A model generated the notes under the pieces. It had not been told where the DNA came from, made no database searches, and saw only the letters and a program-made list of their open reading frames with translations. A program made the translations under genes and the position numbers. Below are positions 28,339 through 38,434 of a stretch of DNA of 64,000 nucleotides, in pieces; positions within the stretch are counted from its first letter, which is position 1; the number at the start of each line of letters is the position of its first letter. The DNA comes from an uncultured Gemmatimonadales bacterium (GTDB taxonomy: Bacteria; Gemmatimonadota; Gemmatimonadetes; Gemmatimonadales; Gemmatimonadaceae), in NCBI GenBank assembly GCA_963851265.1, contig CAWKNZ010000008.1, positions 64,001-128,000 of the forward strand. The letters run 5' to 3'.

Positions 28339-29439
28339 TCACACCGCCAAGGCGCCCGCGATCACGAGTCCCGTGCACTGCACGAGGCAGTACCCCGGCG
28401 GCGCACACACCCCGCGCTCCACCGCCGGACCGAACGCCGTGCCTAAAGATCCAGCCACCGGCCACGTCGCCGCCGGTACGTTCGACACGTCCACCGCCCC
28501 CTGCCGCGACCGCTCCACCTCCGCCGCGCCCACGTACCCCACCCGCCGCCCGGGCTCCAGGAAGCGCGCCCACGTCTCGGGATACCAGTAGCGATCCGCC
28601 CGCCCCATCCGCCCCGTCAGCTCCGCCCACCGCGCGCGCGTCTCGGCGCTCATCCCGCGCACCGCCACGTCGTCGGGCAGGAGCGTCGGCCCGACAAACC
28701 AGCGCTCGCGCGGCGCGACGAGCGGCCACGCGCCGCCTGCCCGAGCGCCGCCGAACGCTGCGGCTGCCGTCGCGTCGATCGCCACCGCCGACGGCACGCC
28801 CCCGTCCGCACCCGCGAGCACCGTTAGGCAGTACGGCACCTCCGCCGCGAACCGCGGACGCCCGTACGACCCGCCCTCGCGCGCCCCGCCCGTCCCGCCT
28901 CCCCCGGCCGCCGAGACCCGCAGCGGACCCTCGTACAGCGCGACCGCGACGCGCCCCGCCCGCCCGACGGGGAACGTCCCCGCCGCGTCGTGCGCGGCGA
29001 GCCACCCGTGCGCGAGCGTCGCCTCGTACGCCGCGCGCCCGTCCGCCGGCCACGCCGCCGTCGCGCCCCGCGGCGCGGCCGGCCACGGCGCCGCCGGCAG
29101 TCCCACGAACGCCGCGCGCACGAGCCCGCGCACGAGCGCCACGTCCTCGCGCGCGAGCGTGGCCGCGGGCGCGTGGGTCGCCACGGTCAGCCGGCCCGTG
29201 AGCGCGCTCACGAGCCGCACGAGCGCGGCCGGCGCCGGGAGCTCGGGCGAGAGCGCGTGCCGGGCGTACGACTCCGCGACGAACGCCGGCAGCCGGTACG
29301 TGCGCCGCGCGAAGCGCGTCGCCTGCGCGAGGGCCCTCCGGTGGTCCCCGGCGTCGCCGGCGAGCCACTCGGTGTGCGCGACGCGCCGCCACGCGGGCGC
29401 GAGCGGGCCGGGGGCGGGCGAAACAGCGGGGTCGGCCAT
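28339..29439 (-). CDS. Hypothetical protein divergent from tssB
   Basis: Open frame with normal aromatic/acidic content filling the gap; ATG 29439; no motif recognised. Confidence 0.55.
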   Translation of the reverse strand: MADPAVSPAPGPLAPAWRRVAHTEWLAGDAGDHRRALAQATRFARRTYRLPAFVAESYARHALSPELPAPAALVRLVSALTGRLTVATHAPAATLAREDVALVRGLVRAAFVGLPAAPWPAAPRGATAAWPADGRAAYEATLAHGWLAAHDAAGTFPVGRAGRVAVALYEGPLRVSAAGGGGTGGAREGGSYGRPRFAAEVPYCLTVLAGADGGVPSAVAIDATAAAAFGGARAGGAWPLVAPRERWFVGPTLLPDDVAVRGMSAETRARWAELTGRMGRADRYWYPETWARFLEPGRRVGYVGAAEVERSRQGAVDVSNVPAATWPVAGSLGTAFGPAVERGVCAPPGYCLVQCTGLVIAGALAV

Positions 29440-29482
29440 GATACGCCGGAGTGGTGCCAGAACCGCGCCCCGCCGCGCCGCG

Positions 29483-29510
29483 GTGATCGGATCGGGCGCG
29501 GCTTTCGGTA
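29483..29510 (+). promoter_or_regulatory. Candidate ECF promoter GTGATC-N16-TCGGTA upstream of the tssB operon
   Basis: Motif match about 70 nt before the tssB ATG. Confidence 0.7.
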
Positions 29511-29579
29511 CCCACCCGTGCACTCCCACGCACGCCACCGCAGGCCGCGCCGCGGCCGCCCACCCGCCGGAGTCGTCGC

Positions 29580-30131
29580 ATGCCCCCCAGTACGCAGCAA
29601 CAGCTCGGACGCGTCCGCCCGCCCCGCGTCCAGATCACCTACGAAGTCGAGACCGGCGGCGCGATCGAGATGAAGGAGCTTCCCTTCCTCATGGGAGTGC
29701 TCGGCGACTTCACCGGGCACGCCACCGAGCCGCTCCCGCGGCTCAAGGAGCGCAAGTTCGTCGAGGTCACGCCCGACAACTTCGACGACGTGCTGGCGAG
29801 CATGAAGCCGCACCTCGCCCTCACGGTCGAGAACAAGTTGAGCGAGAACTCGGACGCGCCGAGGCTGGCCGTCGACCTCACGTTCCGCTCGATGGACGAC
29901 TTCGCGCCGGACGCGGTGGCGCGGCAGGTCAAGCCGCTCCGCGAACTGCTCGAGCTGCGCACGCAGCTCGCCGACCTGCGCGGCACGCTCCAGACCAACG
30001 AGAAGCTCGACGAGGTGCTCCAGAGCACGCTCGGCGACCAGGACAAGATGGCGCGGCTCCGCGGCGAGCTCGGCCTGGGCGACGCGCCGGCCGGCGGCGC
30101 GCCTAACGGTGGGGGGCCGGCCGATGGCTGA
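29580..30131 (+). CDS. tssB: T6SS contractile sheath small subunit
   Basis: RVRPPRVQITYEVETGGA...ELPFLMGVLGDF...ERKFV...DNFD...FRSMDDFAPD. Confidence 0.97.
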   Translation: MPPSTQQQLGRVRPPRVQITYEVETGGAIEMKELPFLMGVLGDFTGHATEPLPRLKERKFVEVTPDNFDDVLASMKPHLALTVENKLSENSDAPRLAVDLTFRSMDDFAPDAVARQVKPLRELLELRTQLADLRGTLQTNEKLDEVLQSTLGDQDKMARLRGELGLGDAPAGGAPNGGGPADG

Positions 30132-31608
30132 GACGCAGACCTCCCCCGCGGCCGGCGCCGCCTACACCGCCGAGCCGACCGGCTCGCTCCTCGACCAGAT
30201 CGTCGACCAGGGGCGCGTCGGGCGCGACGCCGAGGCCAAGGCGCGCGGCCGCGACCTCGTGAAGCAGTTCGTCGCGCAGGTGCTCGAGGGGTCGATGACC
30301 GTCGCCCGCGACACCGAGGCGATGATCAACGCCAGGATCGCGCAGATCGACCACCTGCTCTCGCTGCAGCTGACCGAGATCCTGCACCACCCCGAGTACC
30401 AGCGGCTCGAGGCGAGCTGGCGCGGGCTCCGGTACCTCATGGCGCAGAGCGAGACGGGCAGCTCGCTCAAGGTCAAGGTGCTCAACGTCTCGAAGAAGGA
30501 CCTGCTCCGGGACCTGCAGCGCGCGCCCGAGTTCGACCAGAGCGCGCTGTTCAAGAAGGTCTACGAGGAGGAGTACGGCGTCTTCGGCGGCACGCCCTTC
30601 GGCGCGCTCGTCGGGGACTACTACTTCGACAAGAGCGGGCAGGACCTGGAGCTTCTCGAGAAGGTCTCGAACGTGGCGGCGGCGGCGCACGCGCCGTTCT
30701 TCAGCGGCGTCGACGCATCGATGTTCAACCTCGAGAGCTTCACCGAGCTCGACCAGCCGCGCGACCTCGCGAAGATCTTCGACAACACCGAGTACGCGAA
30801 GTGGAAGACCTTCCGCGGCACCGAGGACGCGCGCTACGTCGCGCTCGGCGCGCCCCGGATCCTCCTGCGCGAGCCTTACGGCTCCCAGACCGTGCCCGTC
30901 GAGGCGTTCAACTACGAGGAGCGCGTCGACGGCACCGACCACTCGGCCTACCTGTGGGGCAACTCGGCGTGGGCACTGGCCGCCAACGTCAACAAGGCGT
31001 TCGCGCTGTACGGCTGGTGCGCGGCGATCCGCGGCGTCGAGAGCGGCGGGATGGTCGAGGGGCTGCCCGTGCACACCTTCCGCACCGAGGCGGGCGAGCT
31101 GGCGATGAAGTGCCCCACCGAGGTGCAGATCACCGACCGGCGCGAGAAGGAGCTGGCCGACCTCGGGTTCGCCGCGCTCGTGCACCAGAAGGGGACGGCC
31201 AACGCGGCGTACTTCTCGGTGCAGAGTGCACAAAAGCCCAAGGCGTACGACACCCCGAGCGCGACGGCGAGCGCGCGCATGTCAGCGCAGCTCCCATACA
31301 TCATGGCGACGTCGCGCTTCGCGCACTACCTGAAGGCGATGATGCGCGACAAGATCGGCGGCTTCATGACGCGCGGCGAGGCCGACGCGTTCCTCAACCG
31401 CTGGATCCAGAGCTACGTCGCGCCGCTCAACGCGTCGGCGTCGACCAAGGCGAGCAAGCCGCTCGCGGAGGCGCGGGTCGACGTGGTCGAGGTGCCCGGC
31501 AAGCCGGGGGCCTACCGCGCCGTCGCCTTCCTGCGCCCGCACTTCCAGCTCGAAGAGCTGAGCGTCGCGATGCGGCTCGTCGCCGACCTCCCGGCGCCAG
31601 CCACCTAA
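30124..31608 (+). CDS. tssC: T6SS contractile sheath large subunit
   Basis: ILHHPEYQRLEASWRGL, LFKKVYEEEYGVFGG, AAHAPF, KCPTEVQITDRREKEL, SRFAHYLK, LRPHFQLEEL. Confidence 0.98.
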   Translation: MAETQTSPAAGAAYTAEPTGSLLDQIVDQGRVGRDAEAKARGRDLVKQFVAQVLEGSMTVARDTEAMINARIAQIDHLLSLQLTEILHHPEYQRLEASWRGLRYLMAQSETGSSLKVKVLNVSKKDLLRDLQRAPEFDQSALFKKVYEEEYGVFGGTPFGALVGDYYFDKSGQDLELLEKVSNVAAAAHAPFFSGVDASMFNLESFTELDQPRDLAKIFDNTEYAKWKTFRGTEDARYVALGAPRILLREPYGSQTVPVEAFNYEERVDGTDHSAYLWGNSAWALAANVNKAFALYGWCAAIRGVESGGMVEGLPVHTFRTEAGELAMKCPTEVQITDRREKELADLGFAALVHQKGTANAAYFSVQSAQKPKAYDTPSATASARMSAQLPYIMATSRFAHYLKAMMRDKIGGFMTRGEADAFLNRWIQSYVAPLNASASTKASKPLAEARVDVVEVPGKPGAYRAVAFLRPHFQLEELSVAMRLVADLPAPAT

Positions 31609-31668
31609 CGGCCACCCTGGCCGCCTCACTCCAGCAGCACCCCACCAACACCACCGGAGCACACTACC

Positions 31669-32187
31669 ATGGCGTTCGACGCATATCTGTTCCTGGACAA
31701 GATCGACGGCGAGTCGCTCTCGACGCTCGACACGAAGCCCGCCGGCCTGAGCAAGAAACCCACGGACATCTACAGCTTCAGCTTCGGGGCGTCGAACCCG
31801 ACGACCGTCGGCTCGGCGAGCGGCGGCTCGGGCGCGGGCAAGGTGTCGGTCAGCTCCTTCCACATCATGAAGAAGACCGACAACGCCAGCCCGATGCTCT
31901 TCCAGGCCTGCTGCACCGGCGACCACTACGAGAAGGCGGCGGTCGCACTCCGTAAGGCGGGCGGCAAGGACAACAAGCAGCAGATCTTCCTGCTCTACGA
32001 GTTCGAGCAGGTGTTCGTCGACAACATCCAGTGGTCGGGCTCGTCGGGCGGCGACGACACGCCCACGGAGTCGGTGTCCTTCTCGTTCGGCAAGGTCAAG
32101 GTCACCAATTACGCGCAGGACAAGGCCGGCAAGGTGGGCAACGGCGTCGAGGGCAAGTGGGACCTGCGCACGCTCACGGCGACCTGA
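31669..32187 (+). CDS. hcp: T6SS tube protein Hcp
   Basis: MAFDAYL...IDGES...SFSFG...DNASP.L...C.G...LRKAGG...PTESVSFSFGKV. Confidence 0.95.
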   Translation: MAFDAYLFLDKIDGESLSTLDTKPAGLSKKPTDIYSFSFGASNPTTVGSASGGSGAGKVSVSSFHIMKKTDNASPMLFQACCTGDHYEKAAVALRKAGGKDNKQQIFLLYEFEQVFVDNIQWSGSSGGDDTPTESVSFSFGKVKVTNYAQDKAGKVGNGVEGKWDLRTLTAT

Positions 32188-32228
32188 GCCCGAGCGTGTC
32201 CGCCGCCCCCGCCTCGGCCGCGCGTCCG

Positions 32229-32930
32229 ATGTCCGCGCGTGCACTCTACGACGCCGGCCAGCTCGAGGCGGCGGCGGCCCTGCTCGGCGCCGAGCTCCGG
32301 CACCACCCGCTCGACGCCGGGCGCCGCACCTTCCTCTTCGAGCTGCTCGCCTTCGCCGGCGAGTACGACCGCGCCGGCAGGCAGCTCGACGTCCTCGCCT
32401 CCGCCGGCGGTCCGGCGGAGGCGGGGACGCTGGTCTACCGCGCCGCGCTCGAGGCCGAGCGCGTGCGTGAGCACATGTTCGCGACCGGCGACTTTCCCGC
32501 GGGCGAGGCGCCCGGGCCGGTGGCCGGCACGCTCAACGGCCGGGCGTTCGCCGAGATCGCCGACGCCGACCCGCGGGTCGGCGCCCGGCTCGAGGTGTTC
32601 GCGGGCGGGCGCTACCTGTGGCTTCCGTTCGCCCACCTCGCGTCCCTCCGCGTGGACGCGCCCGCGCGCCTGCGCGACCTGCGCTGGGCGCCCGCGCGCC
32701 TGGCCACCGGGCCCAGCGTGCGCGACCTCGAGCTCGGCGAGGTGCTGCTCCCCGCGCTCACGCCCGCGGCGTGGCGCCACGCCGACGCCGAAGTGCGGCT
32801 GGGGCGCGCGACCGACTGGGACGAGCTCCCGGGCGGCGAATGGGCGCCCGCGGGGCAGAAGCTCCTGCGCGTCGACGGCGAGCTGGTGCCGCTCGTCGAC
32901 GTGCGCGAGCTGACGGTCGCGACCGCCTAA
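32229..32930 (+). CDS. tagJ: TagJ/ImpE (SciE) accessory protein
   Basis: RTFLFELLAFAGEYDRAGRQL, ADADPRVGARLEV, YLWLPF, LRDLRWAP, RLGRATDW, GQKL. Confidence 0.92.
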   Translation: MSARALYDAGQLEAAAALLGAELRHHPLDAGRRTFLFELLAFAGEYDRAGRQLDVLASAGGPAEAGTLVYRAALEAERVREHMFATGDFPAGEAPGPVAGTLNGRAFAEIADADPRVGARLEVFAGGRYLWLPFAHLASLRVDAPARLRDLRWAPARLATGPSVRDLELGEVLLPALTPAAWRHADAEVRLGRATDWDELPGGEWAPAGQKLLRVDGELVPLVDVRELTVATA

Positions 32931-32954
32931 CGTCCGCCGAACGGCTCCACCCAC

Positions 32955-34910
32955 GTGGCCGACGCCGAGCTGCTCGCCGCGGTCCTCGCGCCCGTCCCCG
33001 GCCCCGCGCCGGCCGGGCGCGACCTGCGCTACGACCCGCGCTACGACGCCCTGCGCGAGGCGAGGCGCGAGGACGCCGACCTGCCCCAGGGCGGGCTCGC
33101 CGTCGAGCGCAAGCTCGCCGACTGGCCGCGCGTCGCGAAGGACGCCGCGACGCTCCTCGCGACCGCGTCCAAGGACCTCCAGATCGCCGCGTGGCTCACC
33201 GAGGCGCTGCTGCGGCGCGACGGGCTGCGCGGGCTCGAGACGGGCCTTATCGCGTTAGGCGGGCTACTCGACGCGTTCTGGGACGGGCTGTACCCCGAGC
33301 TGGACGACGGCGACGCGGAGCTGCGGCTCGGGCCGCTCGACTGGGTCGGGGCGCGGCTCGACCTCGCCGTGCGGCAGAGCGCGGTGGCGCGCGACGGCCT
33401 CTCGCTGCTCGCCCACGAGGTGTCGCGCAGCGTGCCCACCGAGGAGGCCGCGCGGGACGACAAGGAGAAGGCCACCGCGCGCGAGGCGGCGCTCGCCGAA
33501 GGAAAGCCCTCCCCCGAGGCGGCGGACGCCTCGGTCGCGGCGACGCCCAAGGCGTTCTACAAGGAGCTGGTCGCGGCGGGTGGGGGCGTCACGGCCGCGC
33601 TCGACACACTGGAGCGCGCGGGCGAGGCCCGATTCGGCGGCGACCCGCCGAGCTACCGCGGGCTGCGTCTGGCGCTGGCGGACCTGCAGCGCTTTGCGGC
33701 GGCGACGCTCGCGCGCAAGCTCGAGCAGGACCCCGATCCGGTCGAGCCGCTCGCGCCGGTGGACGTCGGTACCTACGCGCCCCCCTCCGCAGCCGACGCG
33801 AGCGGGACGCTGGCCGCCGAGCCCGCGAGCGCCGCGGACGCGGCGGCGCGCGTGGCGGGGGCGGCCCGCTTCCTCCGCCAGCAGGACCCGACCGCGCCCG
33901 CCTCGTACCTGCTGCTGCGCGGGCTGCGCTGGGGCGAGCTGCGCGGCAACGACGGCGCCGGCGCGAACGGCGCCGGCGCGAACGGCGCCGGCGCCCCCGA
34001 CCCGCGGCTTCTCGAGGCGCCGCCGACGGCGGTGCGGACGCGGCTCAAGGGACTGCTGCTCGACGCGCGGTGGCCCGAGCTGCTGGAGCAGGGCGAACTC
34101 GTGATGGCCACCCCGGCCGGGCGCGGCTGGCTCGACCTGCAACGCTACGCGCTCACCGCCTGCGCCCGGCTCGGCGCGCCGTACGACGCGGTGGCCACGG
34201 CCGTGAGCAGCGAACTCGCCACCCTCCTCACCGCCGTGCCGGGGCTGCCGGCGATGACCCTCATGGACGACACGCCGACGGCCAACGACGAGACGCGACG
34301 CTGGCTGGACGCGCTGCTGGACGGCGGCGCGGCACAGCACGGCGCCGAACACCCGGACGCCGACGGGGGGGAGGACGCCCGCCTCCCGGACGGCAGCGAC
34401 GCACTCCTTATCGCGCTCGACGCGGAGATGGACGGCGACGCGCTCGCCGCCACGGCCCGCGGTGGCGCGGCGCGGCGCTCGACGGGGGGCCACGCCGCCC
34501 ACCACGTCGGCGCGCAGGGCGACGCGCGCGTCGCGGCCGACGCGTTCGCGCTCGCGCGCCTCGAACTCGCCCGCGGGCGCCCCAACCGCGCCGTCGAACT
34601 CCTCGTGGCGGAGCTCGACCGCGAGCGCTCGGCGCGGGGGCGCTTCGTGCGGCAGACGCAGGTCGCGCAGGTGATGGTCGAGGCGGGATTCGAGGCGGTC
34701 GCGCGCCCGATCCTCCAGCGCCTCGTGCAGACGATCGACGAGCGCACACTCGAGGACTGGGAGTCCGGGCCGCTCGTCGCGCAGCCGATGGTGCTCATGT
34801 GCCGCGTGATCGACCGGCTCGAGCTCGACGCGGACGAGCGCGAACAGCTCTACCTGCGGGTGTGCCGGCTCGACCCGCTGCAGGCGCTCGCGCTGCGGCG
34901 CGACGCCTAA
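32955..34910 (+). CDS. tssA: T6SS TssA (ImpA_N + VasJ-type domains)
   Basis: PAGRDLRYDP...SKDLQIAAWL...FWDGLYP; YLLLRGLRWG; GWLDLQRY; PTANDETRRWL; C-terminal LEDWE. Confidence 0.93.
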   Translation: MADAELLAAVLAPVPGPAPAGRDLRYDPRYDALREARREDADLPQGGLAVERKLADWPRVAKDAATLLATASKDLQIAAWLTEALLRRDGLRGLETGLIALGGLLDAFWDGLYPELDDGDAELRLGPLDWVGARLDLAVRQSAVARDGLSLLAHEVSRSVPTEEAARDDKEKATAREAALAEGKPSPEAADASVAATPKAFYKELVAAGGGVTAALDTLERAGEARFGGDPPSYRGLRLALADLQRFAAATLARKLEQDPDPVEPLAPVDVGTYAPPSAADASGTLAAEPASAADAAARVAGAARFLRQQDPTAPASYLLLRGLRWGELRGNDGAGANGAGANGAGAPDPRLLEAPPTAVRTRLKGLLLDARWPELLEQGELVMATPAGRGWLDLQRYALTACARLGAPYDAVATAVSSELATLLTAVPGLPAMTLMDDTPTANDETRRWLDALLDGGAAQHGAEHPDADGGEDARLPDGSDALLIALDAEMDGDALAATARGGAARRSTGGHAAHHVGAQGDARVAADAFALARLELARGRPNRAVELLVAELDRERSARGRFVRQTQVAQVMVEAGFEAVARPILQRLVQTIDERTLEDWESGPLVAQPMVLMCRVIDRLELDADEREQLYLRVCRLDPLQALALRRDA

Positions 34911-34930
34911 CGCCTGACCTCCCGCGCCCC

Positions 34931-35449
34931 GTGCCCCGCACCGAGCTCGAGCGCGCCGTCCGGCAGTCGCTCCTGGACCGGCTGACCGACGACGAGCCGC
35001 GCACGCCGGCCGACCCGCCGGAGACGCGCGAGGGGTCGGCCGCGCGCTACCGCGCGTCGGTGCTGCGCGACGTCGAGTGGCTGCTGAACACGCGCCGGAC
35101 GCCGGTGCCGGTGGCGCCCGCGCTGGCCGAACTCGGGCGTTCGGTGTTCGCCTACGGGCTGCCCGACACCACCGGCGCCGCGCTCGGGACCCCGCAGGGG
35201 CGCGAGCGGCTGGTCCGCTGGGTGGAGGAGACGGTCACCACGTTCGAGCCACGGCTCTCGGGCGCGCGCGTGACCCTCGCGGCGGCGGACCAGCTCCGGT
35301 CGCCGCAGGTGCACTTCGTCCTGACCGCGACGCTGCGCATGGATCCGAGCCCCGAGCGGGTCGTCTTCGACACGGTGCTGGACCTGGCGAGCGGCGGGTA
35401 CGCGGTGCGCGACGCGGTGACCCGCGACGCAGCGGAGGCGTCGCCGTGA
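34931..35449 (+). CDS. tssE: T6SS baseplate subunit TssE (gp25-like)
   Basis: SLLDRLTDDEP...RDVEWLLNTR...YGLPD...FEPRL...FDTVLD; GTG start 34931. Confidence 0.95.
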   Translation: MPRTELERAVRQSLLDRLTDDEPRTPADPPETREGSAARYRASVLRDVEWLLNTRRTPVPVAPALAELGRSVFAYGLPDTTGAALGTPQGRERLVRWVEETVTTFEPRLSGARVTLAAADQLRSPQVHFVLTATLRMDPSPERVVFDTVLDLASGGYAVRDAVTRDAAEASP

Positions 35450-37320
35450 GCACGGACGCGGCGGGCGGCGGCGGGGCGCAGGGCGACCTGCTGCTCTACT
35501 ACGAGCGCGAGCTGACCTACCTGCGCCGGCTCGGCGCGGAATTCGGGGCGAAGTACCCCAAGATCGCGGCGCGCCTCCAGCTCGAGCCCGGCAAGTGCGA
35601 CGACCCGCACGTCGAGCGGCTCCTCGAAGGCGTCGCGTTCCTCAACGCGCGGTTGCACCACCGGCTCGACGACGACCTGCCCGAGCTCTCGGGCGCGCTG
35701 CTCGACGCGCTGTACCCGCTCCACGTGCGGCCCGTGCCGTCGCTGTCGGTGGTCGAGTTGGCGCTCGACCCGGAGCTCGGCGCCCTGCCCGGCGGGCACC
35801 GCGTGCCGCGCGGTGCGGAGCTACGCTCGCGCCCCGCGCACGCGGTACCGTGCCGCTTTCGCACGTGCTACGACACCGTACTCTGGCCGGCCGCCGTCGC
35901 CGCGGCCGAGTGGACGGGCCCCGAGCGCGCCGGCCCCGGGGTGCCGCTCGCCGACGCGGTCGGCGCGCTCCGCATCGAGTTGCGCGCCTTCGCGGGGCTG
36001 CGGCTGGCGCAGGTGGAGCTCGACAGCCTGCGACTGCACCTGGCCGGCGACCCGGCGGTGGCCGACACGCTCTACGAGCTGCTGTCGAGCAACGTGGCGC
36101 GCGTCGCGGTGCGCGACCCCGACCAGCCGGCACGCACGCCGACGTTGTTAGGCCCCGACGCGGTGCGCCCCGTGGGGTTCGCCGACGACGAGGCCCTGCT
36201 GCCGCTGCCGCGGCGCACGCTCGCCGCGCACCGGCTCCTGCAGGAGCTGTTCGTACTGCCACAGAAGTTCCACTTCATCGATCTCGCCGGCGTCGGCGCG
36301 GCGTTGCGCGCGCTCGGGTGCGGCCCGCGGGCGGAGCTCGTCGTGCTCGTCACGCCGTTCGAGCGGGCCGAGCGGCGCGCGGCGCTCGAGCTCGGGGTCG
36401 ACGCGGGTGCGGTCCGCCTCGGCTGCACGCCGGTGGTCAACCTGTTCGCCCAGACGGCCGAGCCGATCTTGCTGACCGAGCGGCAGCTCGAGTACCCGGT
36501 GGTCCCCGACGCGCGGCGCCGGCTCGAGATCGAGGCGTGGTCGATCGACGAGGTGGTCTCGCTGACGCCCGGCGAGGGCGACGCGCGGCCCGTGGCGCCG
36601 CTCTACGGCGTACACCGCGGCGGCGCGGCCGACCGGGGGATGGTCTACTGGCACGCCGCGCGGCGGCCGAGCGGGTGGCGTACTGACCGGTCGAGCGAGC
36701 TGTTCCTCTCGTTCGCCGACGCGGGCGGCGCGGCGCGCGCGCCCGACGCGGAGGTGGTCTCGTGCACGCTCACCTGCTGCAACGGCGACCTGCCGAGTCG
36801 GCTGCCGTTCGGGGCGGACGAGCGCGGCGACTTCGAGCTCGCGGCCGGCGGGCCGGTGCGCAGCGTGCGGTGCCTGGTGAAGCCGACCGCCGTGATCGAG
36901 CCACCGTTAGGCACGTCGCTACTCTGGCGCCTCACGTCCGCGCTCACGCTCAACCACCTCTCGCTCGTCGAGGGCGGGCGCGACGCGCTGCGCGAGCTGC
37001 TGCGGCTACACAACGCGGGCGACCGCCCCGCGGGCGAGCGGCAGATCCGGGGGCTGGCGGACGTGCGCAGCGCGCCGGCCTACGCGCGGGTGGCGAGCGA
37101 GTACGGCGTCGCCTTCGCGCGCGGGCGGCGGGTCGAGCTGGAGTTCGACGAGGAGCACTTCCCGGGCGGCGGGGCGTTCCTCTTCGCGAGCGTGCTCGAG
37201 CGCTTCCTCGCGCTCTCGGCGTCGATGAACAGCTTCACGCAGGTTGAGGCGCGGAGCCGGCAGCGGCGGCGTCCGGTAGGCGCGTGGGCGCCGAGGGCGG
37301 GGTGGCGGCCGCTGGTGTAG
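35446..37320 (+). CDS. tssF: T6SS baseplate subunit TssF
   Basis: YYERELTYLR, KYPKIAARL, DPHVERLLEG, RLLQELF..PQKF, LGCTPVVNLF, WRL.S.L.LNHLSL, LFASVLERFL...NSFTQ. Confidence 0.96.
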   Translation: MSTDAAGGGGAQGDLLLYYERELTYLRRLGAEFGAKYPKIAARLQLEPGKCDDPHVERLLEGVAFLNARLHHRLDDDLPELSGALLDALYPLHVRPVPSLSVVELALDPELGALPGGHRVPRGAELRSRPAHAVPCRFRTCYDTVLWPAAVAAAEWTGPERAGPGVPLADAVGALRIELRAFAGLRLAQVELDSLRLHLAGDPAVADTLYELLSSNVARVAVRDPDQPARTPTLLGPDAVRPVGFADDEALLPLPRRTLAAHRLLQELFVLPQKFHFIDLAGVGAALRALGCGPRAELVVLVTPFERAERRAALELGVDAGAVRLGCTPVVNLFAQTAEPILLTERQLEYPVVPDARRRLEIEAWSIDEVVSLTPGEGDARPVAPLYGVHRGGAADRGMVYWHAARRPSGWRTDRSSELFLSFADAGGAARAPDAEVVSCTLTCCNGDLPSRLPFGADERGDFELAAGGPVRSVRCLVKPTAVIEPPLGTSLLWRLTSALTLNHLSLVEGGRDALRELLRLHNAGDRPAGERQIRGLADVRSAPAYARVASEYGVAFARGRRVELEFDEEHFPGGGAFLFASVLERFLALSASMNSFTQVEARSRQRRRPVGAWAPRAGWRPLV

Positions 37321-38399
37321 AGGCGCGCGAGGACGCGCGCGTGGGTGCGTTGGACCCTGCCCCGCCGGCGGCACCGCCGGCCGAGGCGCGCGGCGCGGCG
37401 CCGCCGCACCGCCTCTGGGCGGAGCCGACGGGCTTCGCCGCGTTCCAGGCCGTGCGGCTGTTAGGCCGCATGCAGCCCGGACGGGCCCCGGTGGGCGGCT
37501 GGGCCGACCCGGCGCGCGAGGTGGTGCGCTTCGCCGTGCCGCCCACGCTCGCCTTCCCGAGCGCGGAGGTGCTCGCGCTCGACCCGGGTGCGCCTAACTC
37601 GGACGGCGGCGACGGGCCGCCGCGGCTCGCGGTCGCGTTCTTCGGGCTGGTGGGGCCGCAAGGCGTGCTGCCGCAGGCGTACACGCAGCACGCCGGGGCG
37701 CGGGCCCGCGCACGCGACCCGGCGTTCCGCGACTTCGTCGACCTCTTCCAGCACCGGGCGCTCTCGCTCTTCTACCGCACGTGGACGCAGTCCAAGCCGG
37801 TGTTGGGGCACGAGGCGGGCGCGCGCGACTGGCTCCTCGACCACCTGCTCGACGTCGCGGGGCTGGGCACCGCGGGGTTGCGCGGCCGGCTCGCGGTCCC
37901 CGACGCGGCGCTCGGCTACTACGCGGGGCTCCTCGCGACGGCGGGCCGCCCCGCGGAAGGCCTCGCGCGGCTCGTCGGCGACTACTTCGGCGTGCCGGCC
38001 GCGGTCGAGCAGTTCGTCGGCGAGTGGCGGCCGGTAGGCGGCGACGGGCAGTGCGCGCTCGGCACGGACGACGACGGGGCTCGGCTCGGGCTCGGGGTGT
38101 TGGGCGACGAGGCATGGGACCCCGAGGCGCGCGTTCGGCTGCGACTCGGGCCGCTGTCGCGCGCCGATTTCGACGGGTTCCTGCCCGGCGGGGCGGCGCA
38201 CGCGGCCCTGCGGGACCTTGCGGGCGTGTACGCGGACGCGCAGGTAGGCGTCGACGCGCAGCTGGTTCTCGACCGTGCGGCGGTGGCGCCGGTGGTGCTG
38301 GGCGACGACGCGGAGCCGCCTACGTTAGGCCGCGGAATGTGGCTGGTCAGCCGGCCGCTGAGGCGGGACCCGGATGAGACGACGTTCGCGCTGTGTTAG
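37284..38399 (+). CDS. tssG: T6SS baseplate subunit TssG
   Basis: FQAVRLL, LAFPSAEV, FFGLVGPQGVLP, DFVDLFQHR..SLFYR.W, VEQFVGEW, LGPLS...FLPGG; start overlaps the tssF end. Confidence 0.94.
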   Translation: MGAEGGVAAAGVEAREDARVGALDPAPPAAPPAEARGAAPPHRLWAEPTGFAAFQAVRLLGRMQPGRAPVGGWADPAREVVRFAVPPTLAFPSAEVLALDPGAPNSDGGDGPPRLAVAFFGLVGPQGVLPQAYTQHAGARARARDPAFRDFVDLFQHRALSLFYRTWTQSKPVLGHEAGARDWLLDHLLDVAGLGTAGLRGRLAVPDAALGYYAGLLATAGRPAEGLARLVGDYFGVPAAVEQFVGEWRPVGGDGQCALGTDDDGARLGLGVLGDEAWDPEARVRLRLGPLSRADFDGFLPGGAAHAALRDLAGVYADAQVGVDAQLVLDRAAVAPVVLGDDAEPPTLGRGMWLVSRPLRRDPDETTFALC

Positions 38400-38434
38400 C
38401 GACACTCCTTTAGGACCGGCCTGGTTCTTAGCAG

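Noticed and set aside
33952..33993. 15-bp repeat in tssA encoding GANGAGANGAG
   Set aside because: In-frame linker expansion with no evident consequence.
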